Positions 14,634 to 24,143 of a DNA stretch of 38,868 nucleotides are shown here, piece by piece (position 1 is the first letter of the stretch; every line of letters starts with the position of its first letter). A program made the translations under genes and the position numbers. Under the pieces are notes generated by a model. That model had not been told where the DNA came from and made no database searches. It saw only the letters and a program-made list of their open reading frames with translations. Source of the DNA: a virus; the IMG/VR virus record IMGVR_UViG_3300045988_060923; one strand, written 5' to 3'.

Positions 14634-17600
14634 TATAGGAATCCTCCCTCCTCTGCCAGGATGCCCAGCTCTCTATCCATATCTCTTGCCAGTTTCGCTG
14701 CTACACCTCCGGTATCCCATTCGATGTTTAAGCTCTTGGCCAGGTATGGCAGATACTGAGCCAGCAATGATGTGATATTCATGATGGCGTTTGTCTGTTT
14801 TGCGTTGCTCTGGTCCATCATTGCGTTTGCATTGATGGTCATGTCTTTGCTCACGCCCTCGATTGCATCAGCCACCACTGATTTACTCTTTTCGATGCCT
14901 TTAGCTAATCCCTGCATAAAGTCCGGCATCCAGGACTCATACTCTGTCAGTGGTCCCTCATCAGGCACTGAGAAATGCAGAAATGAGCGGATTGTAGATG
15001 CCACGTCTGACACGGCATCTCTGACTCTGCCAATGGCGTTCCTGATTCCGGAAACTATTCCGTCTATGAAATCTCGTCCCCACTGTACCGCCTGGCTTGG
15101 TAGTGATGTGATAAAGCTGATTGCTGACCAAAATCCGTTCCGCACAGTTGATCCCAGACTGCTCAGTGCGTTTCCGATTCCGGAAACCATATTGTGGAAC
15201 GCCTGCACCGCTGACTCTTTCAGATTTTGTGCGGTTTGAACCACACTGCTCTTTAAATTCTCCCAGCTGTCGTGTGCGTTCTGCTTCATTTCCTGCCACT
15301 TCTGGTATGCAGATTCTTTCAGATTCTGTAGCGCCTGGATTGCAGAATCTTTCAAATTTGTTGCTGTTTGAACCACAGAATTTTTCAAATTTTCCCAGGT
15401 ATTGATCGCCGTCTGCTTTATCATGTCCCACAAACTTGACAGAGTGTCCATAAATCCTGTAACCAGAGTGACCACATGAGTGACCAATCCCTCTGCAAAT
15501 GATGTGACCACCTGCTGTATTCCAGACCAGATCTGTGATGCAGCGCCCTGGATATTCTGCCAGATATTTTGTGCATCGGACGCCAACTGAGTGAAATCTC
15601 CCGTTACCAGGTCGATCAACAAAAGCACCGGTGCAAGTATCGTATTTTTCAGCAACTCCCAGGCTCCTGATGCAATCTCCGTCAGACCTGACCAGATGCC
15701 CTGCAGTGTAGTGACTGCATTCTGCCACAATTCCTGTATGGTTGTTACGATTGATGACAGCACAGGGTTTTCCATCATGGACTGCCAGATTCCTGAGAAG
15801 AAATCAGCCACCTGCTGCCAAATTCCTGCCCACCACTCCGGGATGCCCTGGAACCATGAAACCACGTTCTGCCATGCCTGCGGTATTGTATCCGTAAAGA
15901 ATGAACAGATTGACTGCCAGATCTGAGAAAAGAAATCTCCGACCTGCTGCCAGATTCCTGCCCACCACTCCGGGATGCTTTGAAATTTTGATACCAGACT
16001 GTCCCATGCCTGCGGTATTGTTTCGGTAAAAAATGAACAGATCGACTCCCACACCTGAGAGCATTTTTCTTTCACTTTCTCCCATATTTCTCCAAACCAC
16101 TCCGATATAGCGCCCCAGTTTTTCACAATGGCTATAATCGCGGTAATTGCTGCAGCTACACCGGCAATGATTCCGATAATCGGCCCCAATGTTGCCACGC
16201 CTAAAATACTTACGATATTTATCACGGCCAATATGGCAGGGGCTAGAGTGGTAAAGGCGGCAATCACAGCCCCCAGTATAACCACGAAATTCTGTACCGG
16301 TTCTGGTAATTTTCCGAAAAATTCTCCTATCGTTTTTATTCCAGAGGCAATCGGCGGTATGATATTGTTTGCCAGATTCATCAGTGCCTCTCCCAGCGGA
16401 ACCAGACTCTGCTCCAGCTGTCTCATGCTTGCCTCAAACGTCTGGGAGTCTGTCGTGGACTGGTCGAACATATTCTCTGCTGATCCAGCCACGTCATCAT
16501 AGGTGTCCCCTACCGTAGTGAGCGACTCGATAAACTTCGCATTGCCGTCCTCGGCCATTGTACCGAATGCCAGCGCTGCTTTGTTCAGTTTGTCCTGCTG
16601 GTTCTCTGTGTTTTGAATATCTGTCACAATGGCATCAATAACATCTTTCTGTGTAGCTCCGCCCTGCTGCCACTGTTTGAATACATCCTCAACTTCTTTG
16701 CTCCAGCCTCCGGTTCCGGCTTGTACCTCCCCGGTCTTTTCATCAATTTTGCTCAGGGAATCCGCTATTGTTCCATCAACCAGTCTGGTCGTGACTTCGT
16801 TAATGGCATCGTTTACCTTGTCCAGGTTATACGCTCCATTGTCCAGTCCGTTCTGCAATAGTTGGAAATACTCCTGAGCGGAATAACCGGCCTGAGCGAA
16901 CTTTCCAGAATACTCTGAGAGGTTATCCCCCAGCTCGTTTGTCTTATCCAGGCCATTCTGTGTACCCTTTACGATATAGTCCATGGCCTGCTGTGCCGTG
17001 AGTCCGTACTGCTCCATGAGGCTGTTGACACCTCGGAGAGTCTCATTCATGTCAATTCCATACAGCTCATCCAGCGTGATTGCCTGCTCTGTCAGATGTG
17101 TCAGTGTAGTCTCATCCAGATCTTTCAGGTTCTTTTTGACCGTAATGACTGCATTTGATACAGAGTCCATGGAATCTCCCACGCCCTCAGCATATACGTC
17201 CTTGATGACTCCGGCTGTTTCCTCAGCCGCTTTCCCGGTTTCTCCAAAATAAGTGGACGCTTTTACTGTGGCATCTTGTGTCTCCAGAAAAGCGCCCTTT
17301 GCTTTGTCTCCTAATTCTGTTATTTTATCCCCCAGTCCAGAAAGCTGATCGGCAGCCTCCATCAATGCGCCTGCTGAGAGGGTTTTCCCCATCTCGTCCA
17401 GTTGTTCTGATGTGTTGTCTGCCTGTGTTCCTGCTTCTTTTAAGTCCTGGATGAGGTTTTTGATTGCCTGTCCATCGTCAACCGTGTCCAGAGCGTCTGT
17501 CATCTGTTTGATGTCAGCTTTTCCGTCTGTGGCTGATCTTCCAATCTTTTCAATGGCAAGTTTCAACTGATCTGATGATGCAGATCCGTTTTTGATTGCT

Positions 17601-18079
17601 GTTACCAGCTTACTGCCCAGGACGTCCGCATAATCATCCACGTCCGCTCCCAGAGCATCAAATAATTTGCTGAGACGTTCGGTATTTGTAGCCAGTCTGT
17701 CCTGTTCGGTGTTTAATCCGTCCAGTTCTGACTGATATCGGCTCAATGTTGCCTTGGTTGCCTCAACTTCTCGCTGGAAAGCCATGTACTCCTCCTGACC
17801 AATCTTTCCGGCCTCCAGAGCTGCTGTCACATCTTTCTGTGCCGCCTCCAGCGTGTCCAATTTGCTTGCTGTGTCTGCTATCGCATTTTTCAGTAATTCC
17901 TGTTTTTGCGCTACCAGCACCGTATTTGATGGATCTAATTTCAGCAGAGTGTTCACGTCTTTCAGCTGTGCCTGAGTATTTTTCAGCTTGTCGTTTACAC
18001 CGCTTAGGGCTTTCTGCAGGCCTGTGGTATCTCCGCCGATTTCAATCGTTATTCCTTTGATATTCCGTCCTGCCGCCAT
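14633..18079 (-). CDS. Tape measure protein
   Basis: 1148 aa, helical, with a central hydrophobic segment (VILGAVIAAFTTLAPAILAVINIVSILG...). It has Trp-rich repeats and follows the G/GT chaperone. RBS AAGGAGGTG. Confidence 0.9.
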   Translation of the reverse strand: MAAGRNIKGITIEIGGDTTGLQKALSGVNDKLKNTQAQLKDVNTLLKLDPSNTVLVAQKQELLKNAIADTASKLDTLEAAQKDVTAALEAGKIGQEEYMAFQREVEATKATLSRYQSELDGLNTEQDRLATNTERLSKLFDALGADVDDYADVLGSKLVTAIKNGSASSDQLKLAIEKIGRSATDGKADIKQMTDALDTVDDGQAIKNLIQDLKEAGTQADNTSEQLDEMGKTLSAGALMEAADQLSGLGDKITELGDKAKGAFLETQDATVKASTYFGETGKAAEETAGVIKDVYAEGVGDSMDSVSNAVITVKKNLKDLDETTLTHLTEQAITLDELYGIDMNETLRGVNSLMEQYGLTAQQAMDYIVKGTQNGLDKTNELGDNLSEYSGKFAQAGYSAQEYFQLLQNGLDNGAYNLDKVNDAINEVTTRLVDGTIADSLSKIDEKTGEVQAGTGGWSKEVEDVFKQWQQGGATQKDVIDAIVTDIQNTENQQDKLNKAALAFGTMAEDGNAKFIESLTTVGDTYDDVAGSAENMFDQSTTDSQTFEASMRQLEQSLVPLGEALMNLANNIIPPIASGIKTIGEFFGKLPEPVQNFVVILGAVIAAFTTLAPAILAVINIVSILGVATLGPIIGIIAGVAAAITAIIAIVKNWGAISEWFGEIWEKVKEKCSQVWESICSFFTETIPQAWDSLVSKFQSIPEWWAGIWQQVGDFFSQIWQSICSFFTDTIPQAWQNVVSWFQGIPEWWAGIWQQVADFFSGIWQSMMENPVLSSIVTTIQELWQNAVTTLQGIWSGLTEIASGAWELLKNTILAPVLLLIDLVTGDFTQLASDAQNIWQNIQGAASQIWSGIQQVVTSFAEGLVTHVVTLVTGFMDTLSSLWDMIKQTAINTWENLKNSVVQTATNLKDSAIQALQNLKESAYQKWQEMKQNAHDSWENLKSSVVQTAQNLKESAVQAFHNMVSGIGNALSSLGSTVRNGFWSAISFITSLPSQAVQWGRDFIDGIVSGIRNAIGRVRDAVSDVASTIRSFLHFSVPDEGPLTEYESWMPDFMQGLAKGIEKSKSVVADAIEGVSKDMTINANAMMDQSNAKQTNAIMNITSLLAQYLPYLAKSLNIEWDTGGVAAKLARDMDRELGILAEEGGFL
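15775..16040 (-). repeat. Tandem 132-bp (44-aa) Trp-rich repeats inside the tape measure
   Basis: CCTGCTGCCA recurs at 15811 and 15943 (132-bp period). The peptide units are QVWESICSFFTETIPQAWDSLVSKFQSIPEWWAGIWQQVGDFFS and QIWQSICSFFTDTIPQAWQNVVSWFQGIPEWWAGIWQQVADFFS. Boundaries are approximate. Confidence 0.75.
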
Positions 18080-18093
18080 CCTGTTCCACCTCC

Positions 18094-18644
18094 TTAGAAC
18101 TTGTCAAAATCCTCCTGTGTGGCCATTCTTGGATATTTGTATGAATCATTCTGTTGCTCAGTAAACATATCCATGACCATTCCGACCGTAACCAGATCCA
18201 GATCCCGGATAGAGATCCCGACCTGACAGCATCTCAGGAGAAATAATGGAGTGTTTAGCTCCCGGCTACTCGGTCTAAGTTTTTTTTTGCCTGACTTTTC
18301 GTCTCCTCATTCATATTCCAGAGTTCCAGAATGGCAGGCAGGATCTGGTAAATAGAGAATGTGTTGAACTGCTCCAGCCAGTCCATAATGTCCGGCGGCA
18401 CATTCTCCGGATCTGCGTGCTGTGCCATGACATACGCGATATTTTCAAACATTTCCAGGTCCTCAATCGGAATCTCACTTGACTCCTTATCCTCTTTTTT
18501 GCCTTTCTTTTTCACAGACTTTGCAATTTTCTGCAAATCCACGAAAAGATCTCTGCGGAATTTCATCCGGTAGATTCTCGGCACCGCTGCTGACGCCTTG
18601 AACTCCACCTCTCTGCCATCAATTTCCACCTTTTTTCTCAGCAT
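18094..18644 (-). CDS. Tail assembly chaperone frameshift product (gpGT-like, -1 PRF)
   Basis: After G GCA AAA AAA AAC, the -1 frame stays open for about 62 codons to TAA at 18094-18096, just before the TMP RBS. 551 nt plus 1 re-read nt gives 184 codons. Confidence 0.65.
18255..18644 (-). CDS. Tail assembly chaperone (gpG-like, zero-frame product)
   Basis: 129 aa between the major tail protein and the TMP. It ends shortly after a slippery A9 run. Confidence 0.75.
   Translation of the reverse strand: MLRKKVEIDGREVEFKASAAVPRIYRMKFRRDLFVDLQKIAKSVKKKGKKEDKESSEIPIEDLEMFENIAYVMAQHADPENVPPDIMDWLEQFNTFSIYQILPAILELWNMNEETKSQAKKNLDRVAGS
18280..18288 (-). promoter_or_regulatory. Slippery sequence for programmed -1 ribosomal frameshift
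   Basis: A run of nine A on the minus strand (T9 on +) sits 8 codons before the zero-frame stop. Confidence 0.65.
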
Positions 18645-18656
18645 AATCTATCCCTC

Positions 18657-19271
18657 CTATTTCTTTGTTCCAGCTGCCTGTGCCACCTCGCTTGTCGCGG
18701 CAACCGGCTCATATACTTTGTTGTACCAACCTGTATATGTTCCATCTGCTGTGTCCGGTCCTGTCTGTACTTTTACCAGACCGTCTTTTCTCGGACTATT
18801 TGTGATTGTCAGTGTCTCTGTTCCAGGGTCTACTGTCTCCTCTTTTGTTTCTGATGCAATAGACGGTCTTGTGCATGTGCAGTTATATAAGCATCTGCGG
18901 ATTGCTTTCACATCTCCATCAAATTCAAACAGCAAAGCGAACGGATTCGTTGTTTTGTCTGCATTTTCCGCCAGAACACCATTTTTATCCTGCTCCTCAT
19001 TGAGAATTTCCACGCGGAACCAGCTCGGAATGAGTGCCATTTCCAGATCTCCCTCATATCCGTTGTTTGCGCTCGTCACATAGTACGCAATTCCGTCCGC
19101 GTAGAACTTGGAAATCTCTCCCTGTGCGTCCAGGCTGATGCTGACCGCTCCAGGAATACTTTTCGGAGTATCATACGTGTATGTAGTAGCTCCCTCTGTG
19201 GTCTTTTCTGTCTGCTTGGCCACATGAACGTTTTTAATGTTGTACTTGACTTTGTTCTCTGCTCCAGTCAT
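18657..19271 (-). CDS. Major tail protein
   Basis: 204 aa, beta-rich, immediately upstream of the chaperone/TMP genes. Size and position are typical (phi13/TP901-like). Confidence 0.75.
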   Translation of the reverse strand: MTGAENKVKYNIKNVHVAKQTEKTTEGATTYTYDTPKSIPGAVSISLDAQGEISKFYADGIAYYVTSANNGYEGDLEMALIPSWFRVEILNEEQDKNGVLAENADKTTNPFALLFEFDGDVKAIRRCLYNCTCTRPSIASETKEETVDPGTETLTITNSPRKDGLVKVQTGPDTADGTYTGWYNKVYEPVAATSEVAQAAGTKK

Positions 19272-19274
19272 TTT

Positions 19275-19601
19275 CTATACCTCCATTTCATATAATGACT
19301 CCCACATTTTCTCCGACTCCAGCCATTCAGATGCCGTCTGTTCCCAGGCAATGCCATATTTGTCCAGGACTTCCTCCAGCTTTTTCTCCAGCTCCCAGTC
19401 TTTGTCATCTGTGTAGAGTTCAATATCCAGTTTCGTGATCTTTTTGTATGTCTTGCCATCTGCGAAAAAATTATCTGTTCCCGGTGTCAGCCATACAACA
19501 ATAGGGAGCGGGATGTCCTGCATCTCTTTCTGTGTGAAATGATGATATCTGAACGGGATTCCCATTTCTCCCAGCATCTGTTCAATTTGATCTTTGGTCA
19601 T
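19275..19601 (-). CDS. Tail terminator-position protein (hypothetical)
   Basis: 108 aa between the gp10-like protein and the major tail protein. Assignment is by synteny only. Confidence 0.5.
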   Translation of the reverse strand: MTKDQIEQMLGEMGIPFRYHHFTQKEMQDIPLPIVVWLTPGTDNFFADGKTYKKITKLDIELYTDDKDWELEKKLEEVLDKYGIAWEQTASEWLESEKMWESLYEMEV

Positions 19602-19984
19602 AATCTCGTCCTCAGCTCCTTTTCCAGCTCATCTACTGCTGCCTCCTCTGCAGGTGCAATATGCACTATGGCCTTGGTTCTTCCACCGCCCCGTTTCTGG
19701 TGTCCTTTCTCCAGCAGATGTGTCAGAGCATATTCCGGTTTATCCGCATGGACAACCATTGTATGTTTTGTCCTTTTTGTCTCTCCCGTCCCATAGGTCC
19801 ATGATGCTGCATAGTCTCCTGTCAGCTTTGGGGATGTTTTATTCAGTATTTTTGCCGTATCCTCGGCAACTTCCTTGGACACTTTCTCGACTTCCAGGCC
19901 GACTGCCACGCCATAATCATCCAGCTCTTTCATGACTGCCTTGGCCAAATCTCCGATTTTAATTGCCACCAGAATCCCTCCCAT
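19598..19984 (-). CDS. HK97 gp10-like tail-completion protein (start uncertain: ATG 19984 or GTG 19969)
   Basis: DKPEYALTHLLEKGH and the overall size resemble the HK97-gp10 family. The ORF-track start 20044 overlaps the upstream gene extensively. Confidence 0.6.
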   Translation of the reverse strand: MGGILVAIKIGDLAKAVMKELDDYGVAVGLEVEKVSKEVAEDTAKILNKTSPKLTGDYAASWTYGTGETKRTKHTMVVHADKPEYALTHLLEKGHQKRGGGRTKAIVHIAPAEEAAVDELEKELRTRL

Positions 19985-20387
19985 CTTTGAACGGGTGCAC
20001 CAGCTTTTCCAGTGATAAATACAACGCCGGTGGTTTCGTGTCATACTTCGGTTGTACCTGCTTGATCTGATAATGCCCGGCTCTGTCTTTCATCTCCGAC
20101 TCATCAAATGTCATATTGTCCCATAACCAGTCCGTCTCATTTTCCAGAATAATCACATCGTTGACCTCGATCTGCTCCGCATCCAGTACCTCCAATGGAA
20201 CTGCCAGGAGCTTATCCACCTGGTTTCCGGCCGTTTGTGCCTGCCAGTATCTTGTTACGCCTACCGTCCTGTTTCCGAAACGTATATGCTCCAGCTTTGT
20301 TCTGGTCAGGCTTCGTTCGTCCGCTTCACAGATCGTCAGCAGGCCATCTCCAAAATTTTCAAAATGCTTACTACTGATCCGTGGCAT
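19959..20387 (-). CDS. Head closure / head-tail adaptor protein
   Basis: 142 aa following the gp6-like connector. Synteny matches the HK97-type head-tail joining module. Confidence 0.6.
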   Translation of the reverse strand: MPRISSKHFENFGDGLLTICEADERSLTRTKLEHIRFGNRTVGVTRYWQAQTAGNQVDKLLAVPLEVLDAEQIEVNDVIILENETDWLWDNMTFDESEMKDRAGHYQIKQVQPKYDTKPPALYLSLEKLVHPFKDGRDSGGN

Positions 20388-20670
20388 ATCCGTCCACCTT
20401 TCTGTCTATCTGCAGAGAAATGATCTCATCTCTGTAATTCTGCCAGAACTGTGGTATCTCCCCCGCTCTGGCATACATGACATAATCAAAAAGGAGTGCT
20501 TTTTCCTGAGTTTCCTCATAGAAATTGCACTCCCCTATTTTTCCGCTTATGGCAGCCATTCCTCTTTTGACCATGCCCCTGATCTTCTCATCTCCTAGGG
20601 AATCGTCCCATGTTATCTCCAGATAATTTTTGATCTCGTTTAGGAGCTTGTTGTCTTTATCGTCTGCCAT
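20371..20670 (-). CDS. Head-tail connector (gp6-like)
   Basis: 99 aa. LNEIKNYLEITWDDSLGDEKIRGMVKRGMAAI resembles the Phage_connect_1 pattern. It lies directly after the capsid gene. Confidence 0.7.
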   Translation of the reverse strand: MADDKDNKLLNEIKNYLEITWDDSLGDEKIRGMVKRGMAAISGKIGECNFYEETQEKALLFDYVMYARAGEIPQFWQNYRDEIISLQIDRKVDGYATDQ

Positions 20671-20677
20671 AATTCAT

Positions 20678-22138
20678 TTACTCCTTTGTCACTGTTACTT
20701 TGTAGCTCTTTGTCTGTGCTCCGTCAGTCACTTTTACAGTCACAGTATTGGAACCCTCGGACCAGTTTGCTGCTGCTCCATTTGTCACTTTCACATCTCC
20801 CACCGTGATCTCAATTTCCGCTGTGGAACTTGCCGGTACTGCTGTGATTGTGTTGGACGCATTCTGTGTGGTTGCTGTGTATTCTGTGGTTCCTGCTGCA
20901 AATGTCGGAGACAGTTTCAGCGCACCAATTTTTAAGTCGGCCAGTGTTGCATCATCTGTCTTTGTTTTTTCTGTCTCGCTTACAACCTTAAAACGTAACG
21001 GCTGGAGATCCTTGATATCCAGAACCTGGAAAGCATTGTTATCCAGTGCGAAACCATGAGCATACAGCTTGATGAGATATACCCTCTCATCTTCCAGGAA
21101 TCTGTATTCGTCAGAATATTCAATTTTTCCATTTTTAGCCATTCCAACGCCCAGGAAATACTTGGTTGCCATTCCATATACTGCTTTTCCCTCCGGAACA
21201 GCTGCGCTCTGAATGATTTCAGCGTCCACCGGGAGCACAGATGCATAGATTCCATCCGGAGTCAGCATCCTTGTGGCTGGGAGCACTCTACGGAAATAAT
21301 CTACCGGATTAACCAGCAGAATGAGACTTGTGACAGTTCTTGCCTGTCCTTTGTCGTTTCTGGCCATGATTGCTGTAACATTTCCCATCTGTGTCATGTC
21401 CAGTGCAGTCATTTTGATAGCGTTTTTGTCCGGATATTTTCCGCCTGTCACAACAACGCCCTCTCCGACCTGTTTCATCATACCGATTGGCTCATCTTTT
21501 CCAGTTCCCTGTACAATACCGTACTCCAGCCCGTTTGCCAGTGCCTCATAGAGCACCTGACGCACGTATGTATCCAGCCATGTCGGCCCTAAATCCAGCA
21601 TAGCCTTGGAAACCGGCAGGAATGCGCTCAGTTTTTCCTGTGTTACATCTACCTCTTTGAATCCAGATGTCAGCTCCTCGATGATCTTGGCTGTCAGCTT
21701 GCCCCATGCGGCTTTCTGCTCTCCGTTTGTATTCATCATCATTCTTGTCAGACCTGTCACTGTGGTTGCATTCAGCTTGGACAGGAGCGGGTGGTTTGTC
21801 TGGAGTTCATCAAAGACAGAATCAATGATTGTTTCCGGCATAACCACTTCAACGTCATTGAGCGCCTGTTTCGGATCTGTGGATCTCATAGCCTCAATGA
21901 TTTTCTCGTAATACTGTTTTTCCTTGGATGTCAGCTGGCGTACACCTCTCTGTGCCAGGATTGTTGCATCCTGCTCCACCAGCATCTCTTTGGCCTGCTC
22001 CAGAACATTGTCCTCAATCTTCTGGCACAGCTCAGTGAACGCCTCACTGAATGCTTTTGTATCGTCATCTTTGATGGCCTGATTCATTTTTTCAACGATC
22101 TTGGCCTTTTCCATTGCTAATACGTCTTTATTCTTCAT
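20678..22138 (-). CDS. Major capsid protein, HK97 fold, with C-terminal Ig/cadherin-like domain
   Basis: 486 aa after the protease, with an N-terminal coiled delta-like region. The C-terminal ~90 aa (LADLKIGALKLSPTFAAGTTEYTATT...TVKVTDGAQTKSYKVTVTKE) matches the cadherin-like beta-sandwich pattern. Confidence 0.85.
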   Translation of the reverse strand: MKNKDVLAMEKAKIVEKMNQAIKDDDTKAFSEAFTELCQKIEDNVLEQAKEMLVEQDATILAQRGVRQLTSKEKQYYEKIIEAMRSTDPKQALNDVEVVMPETIIDSVFDELQTNHPLLSKLNATTVTGLTRMMMNTNGEQKAAWGKLTAKIIEELTSGFKEVDVTQEKLSAFLPVSKAMLDLGPTWLDTYVRQVLYEALANGLEYGIVQGTGKDEPIGMMKQVGEGVVVTGGKYPDKNAIKMTALDMTQMGNVTAIMARNDKGQARTVTSLILLVNPVDYFRRVLPATRMLTPDGIYASVLPVDAEIIQSAAVPEGKAVYGMATKYFLGVGMAKNGKIEYSDEYRFLEDERVYLIKLYAHGFALDNNAFQVLDIKDLQPLRFKVVSETEKTKTDDATLADLKIGALKLSPTFAAGTTEYTATTQNASNTITAVPASSTAEIEITVGDVKVTNGAAANWSEGSNTVTVKVTDGAQTKSYKVTVTKE

Positions 22139-22150
22139 ATCAGTTCTCCT

Positions 22151-22939
22151 TTACATATTTTGGAATAATTTTGCCAACTGGTTTGTGAGTTTCTTTTCTT
22201 CCGGCTCTGGTTTTGGAGTCGGTACCGGAGGTTTTGGTTCTCCTCCCTGCTGCCGCATAGACTCCAACTGTTCCCGGAATGATTTCTGCTGTGCAATCAC
22301 ACCGGACAGCTGCTGCACGCGGCTCATCAGTCTCTGCTGTACATCCTTATCATCAGCCTGGTAGCTGTCTACCCTGTCAATGAGGCCGTATTCCAGAGCT
22401 TTCTCCGGTGTTAGGAATGTTTCTGCCTCCATCATGTCAATGAGCTGCTGTTCTTCCAGGTTTGATTTTTCAAGAAAAATCTGTCTGTTTGACTCCATGA
22501 GTGTATCCAGATCATCTGCTGCTTTTCTGAGTTCTTTGGCATTTCCATCCACACTCATCCACATATTGTGAATCAATGCAGATGTTCCCAGTCCCATGAC
22601 GCGCTCATCACACGCCTGCAGGATCAGGAACGCTACGCTGTAGGCAACTCCATCCACATATCCAACCTTTTTGCAGTTCTTCTGTTTCAGCTGGCTATAG
22701 ATCGCCACGCCCTCTTTGACAGATCCTCCGTTTGAGTTGATATGCAGCTCAATGGTTGCTGTATCAGGAATGGCTGCAAGCTGCTCCTGGAAATACTTTG
22801 CAGATGTCTCCGATTCCTCATAGCTCCATGTGCTCCAGTTAAATGTGCCGTATGCTGTTACATCGTCATAGATGTATAATTTGTGAGTATCGTTCTCTGC
22901 TTTCTGAAAACATACAAATACTTTATCCTGTCTTGGCAT
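22151..22939 (-). CDS. ClpP-type (S14) prohead protease with scaffold-like C-terminus
   Basis: IELHINSNGGSVKEGVAIY...GVAYSVAFLILQACDERV...EKALEYGLIDRV is the ClpP-family pattern. RBS GGAGGTGGG lies before ATG 22939. The ORF-track start 23029 is inside the portal gene. Confidence 0.85.
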   Translation of the reverse strand: MPRQDKVFVCFQKAENDTHKLYIYDDVTAYGTFNWSTWSYEESETSAKYFQEQLAAIPDTATIELHINSNGGSVKEGVAIYSQLKQKNCKKVGYVDGVAYSVAFLILQACDERVMGLGTSALIHNMWMSVDGNAKELRKAADDLDTLMESNRQIFLEKSNLEEQQLIDMMEAETFLTPEKALEYGLIDRVDSYQADDKDVQQRLMSRVQQLSGVIAQQKSFREQLESMRQQGGEPKPPVPTPKPEPEEKKLTNQLAKLFQNM

Positions 22940-24122
22940 TCTTCCCACCTCCTTTCTGCTGTTCTTCCAGGATTTCCTGGATAGTTGAGTAGTTTTTCGT
23001 GATGAAATGCTGGTCTGCCCAGTCCTCATCTATCGGAATCTCTCCCAGTGCTCTCAGAATCATATTCACTGTACAGGTTCCGGAGCTTATGAGCTTGTCT
23101 GCCGATGTTGCAATGTCGAACATATCAATATGTTTGACTCTCATGGTGTTGATCTGCAGCTTTGTTCCTTTCTGTATCCCGTTTTTTCCAATCCTCTTGC
23201 GGTTGATCTCCTGCATAAGCATCTGCGCAAGCGGGTCCAGACAAAATGTCAGCATCTCGTCCACTGCTTTCTCGGTGTCCTGCACGTCTCCCTTGGCCAG
23301 TGTAGGCGGCATGGAGAATCCTCTGGCCGTGAAATCAAAAATATCATCATACTGGCTTTTGATATCCCGGCTAGTTCCCTCGCTGTAAGTCTTTGAGCCA
23401 ATGTCTGTGTATGAATATCCCTCAAACAGCGGCAGGACAGCGTTTGGGCTTTCAAAGAATGACTTGAAATACTCATTCATGAGCTTTTCCAGTTTCTCAT
23501 TGAACAATTTGTCACTCTGAGCCATTGCCGAAATGTTCAGGGTTCCCCTGCTGCCTCTGCTTTTGAGATACGATTTTGCAGAATAATCAATCAGCTTGCT
23601 GTATGAGTCATACAGGTGCTGTATGATCCGGTTTACATTCTTGTTGTTGAGTGTCCAGTGAAGCACGTCTGAACTTCGGAATGACCGCGAAAATGTGTAG
23701 TCATCCACCTGCACATTGGTATAGGTGTCTCCATACAGTGCATTTTTCGTCACGGAAAAATCATCAGCCACCAGGAGCTGTCCGTCATAGCTCTCTACAA
23801 TCAAAAGCTCATTGTTCCGGAACAACTGCTCCATAGCCTTTGATAAAAATTCTGCTTTGTTCTGGTTGCGGTTCGGTTCGTAGTTCCATAGATAATATTC
23901 ATCTTTGAACAATTCCTCTCCCTCGTAAAACGTGCGAAATTCACATTTTGTCAGAGCGTTGGCAATCTTCCCTACACAAGTCCAGAACGCCAGCTCTCTC
24001 AGACATATTTCTGTTACTGCATCACGAACCTGTTGATCTGCAATTTCCACAGATGATACTCTTTGCACATCTTCTCCCGGTTTTTCTCTTGCCTTGAATA
24101 GCTTTCTAAGACTCAATCCCAT
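22923..24122 (-). CDS. Portal protein (HK97 family)
   Basis: 399 aa between TerL and the protease, the typical size and position. Confidence 0.85.
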   Translation of the reverse strand: MGLSLRKLFKAREKPGEDVQRVSSVEIADQQVRDAVTEICLRELAFWTCVGKIANALTKCEFRTFYEGEELFKDEYYLWNYEPNRNQNKAEFLSKAMEQLFRNNELLIVESYDGQLLVADDFSVTKNALYGDTYTNVQVDDYTFSRSFRSSDVLHWTLNNKNVNRIIQHLYDSYSKLIDYSAKSYLKSRGSRGTLNISAMAQSDKLFNEKLEKLMNEYFKSFFESPNAVLPLFEGYSYTDIGSKTYSEGTSRDIKSQYDDIFDFTARGFSMPPTLAKGDVQDTEKAVDEMLTFCLDPLAQMLMQEINRKRIGKNGIQKGTKLQINTMRVKHIDMFDIATSADKLISSGTCTVNMILRALGEIPIDEDWADQHFITKNYSTIQEILEEQQKGGGKNAKTG

Positions 24123-24143
24123 GTCTGTTTCCTCCTTTCTGCG

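Noticed and set aside
14961-15728. 255-aa minus-strand ORF inside the tape-measure gene, plus 15804..16100.
   Set aside because: These are alternative frames of the TMP coding sequence. They are Gly/Arg-rich with no start context, and the TMP frame is continuous and far longer.
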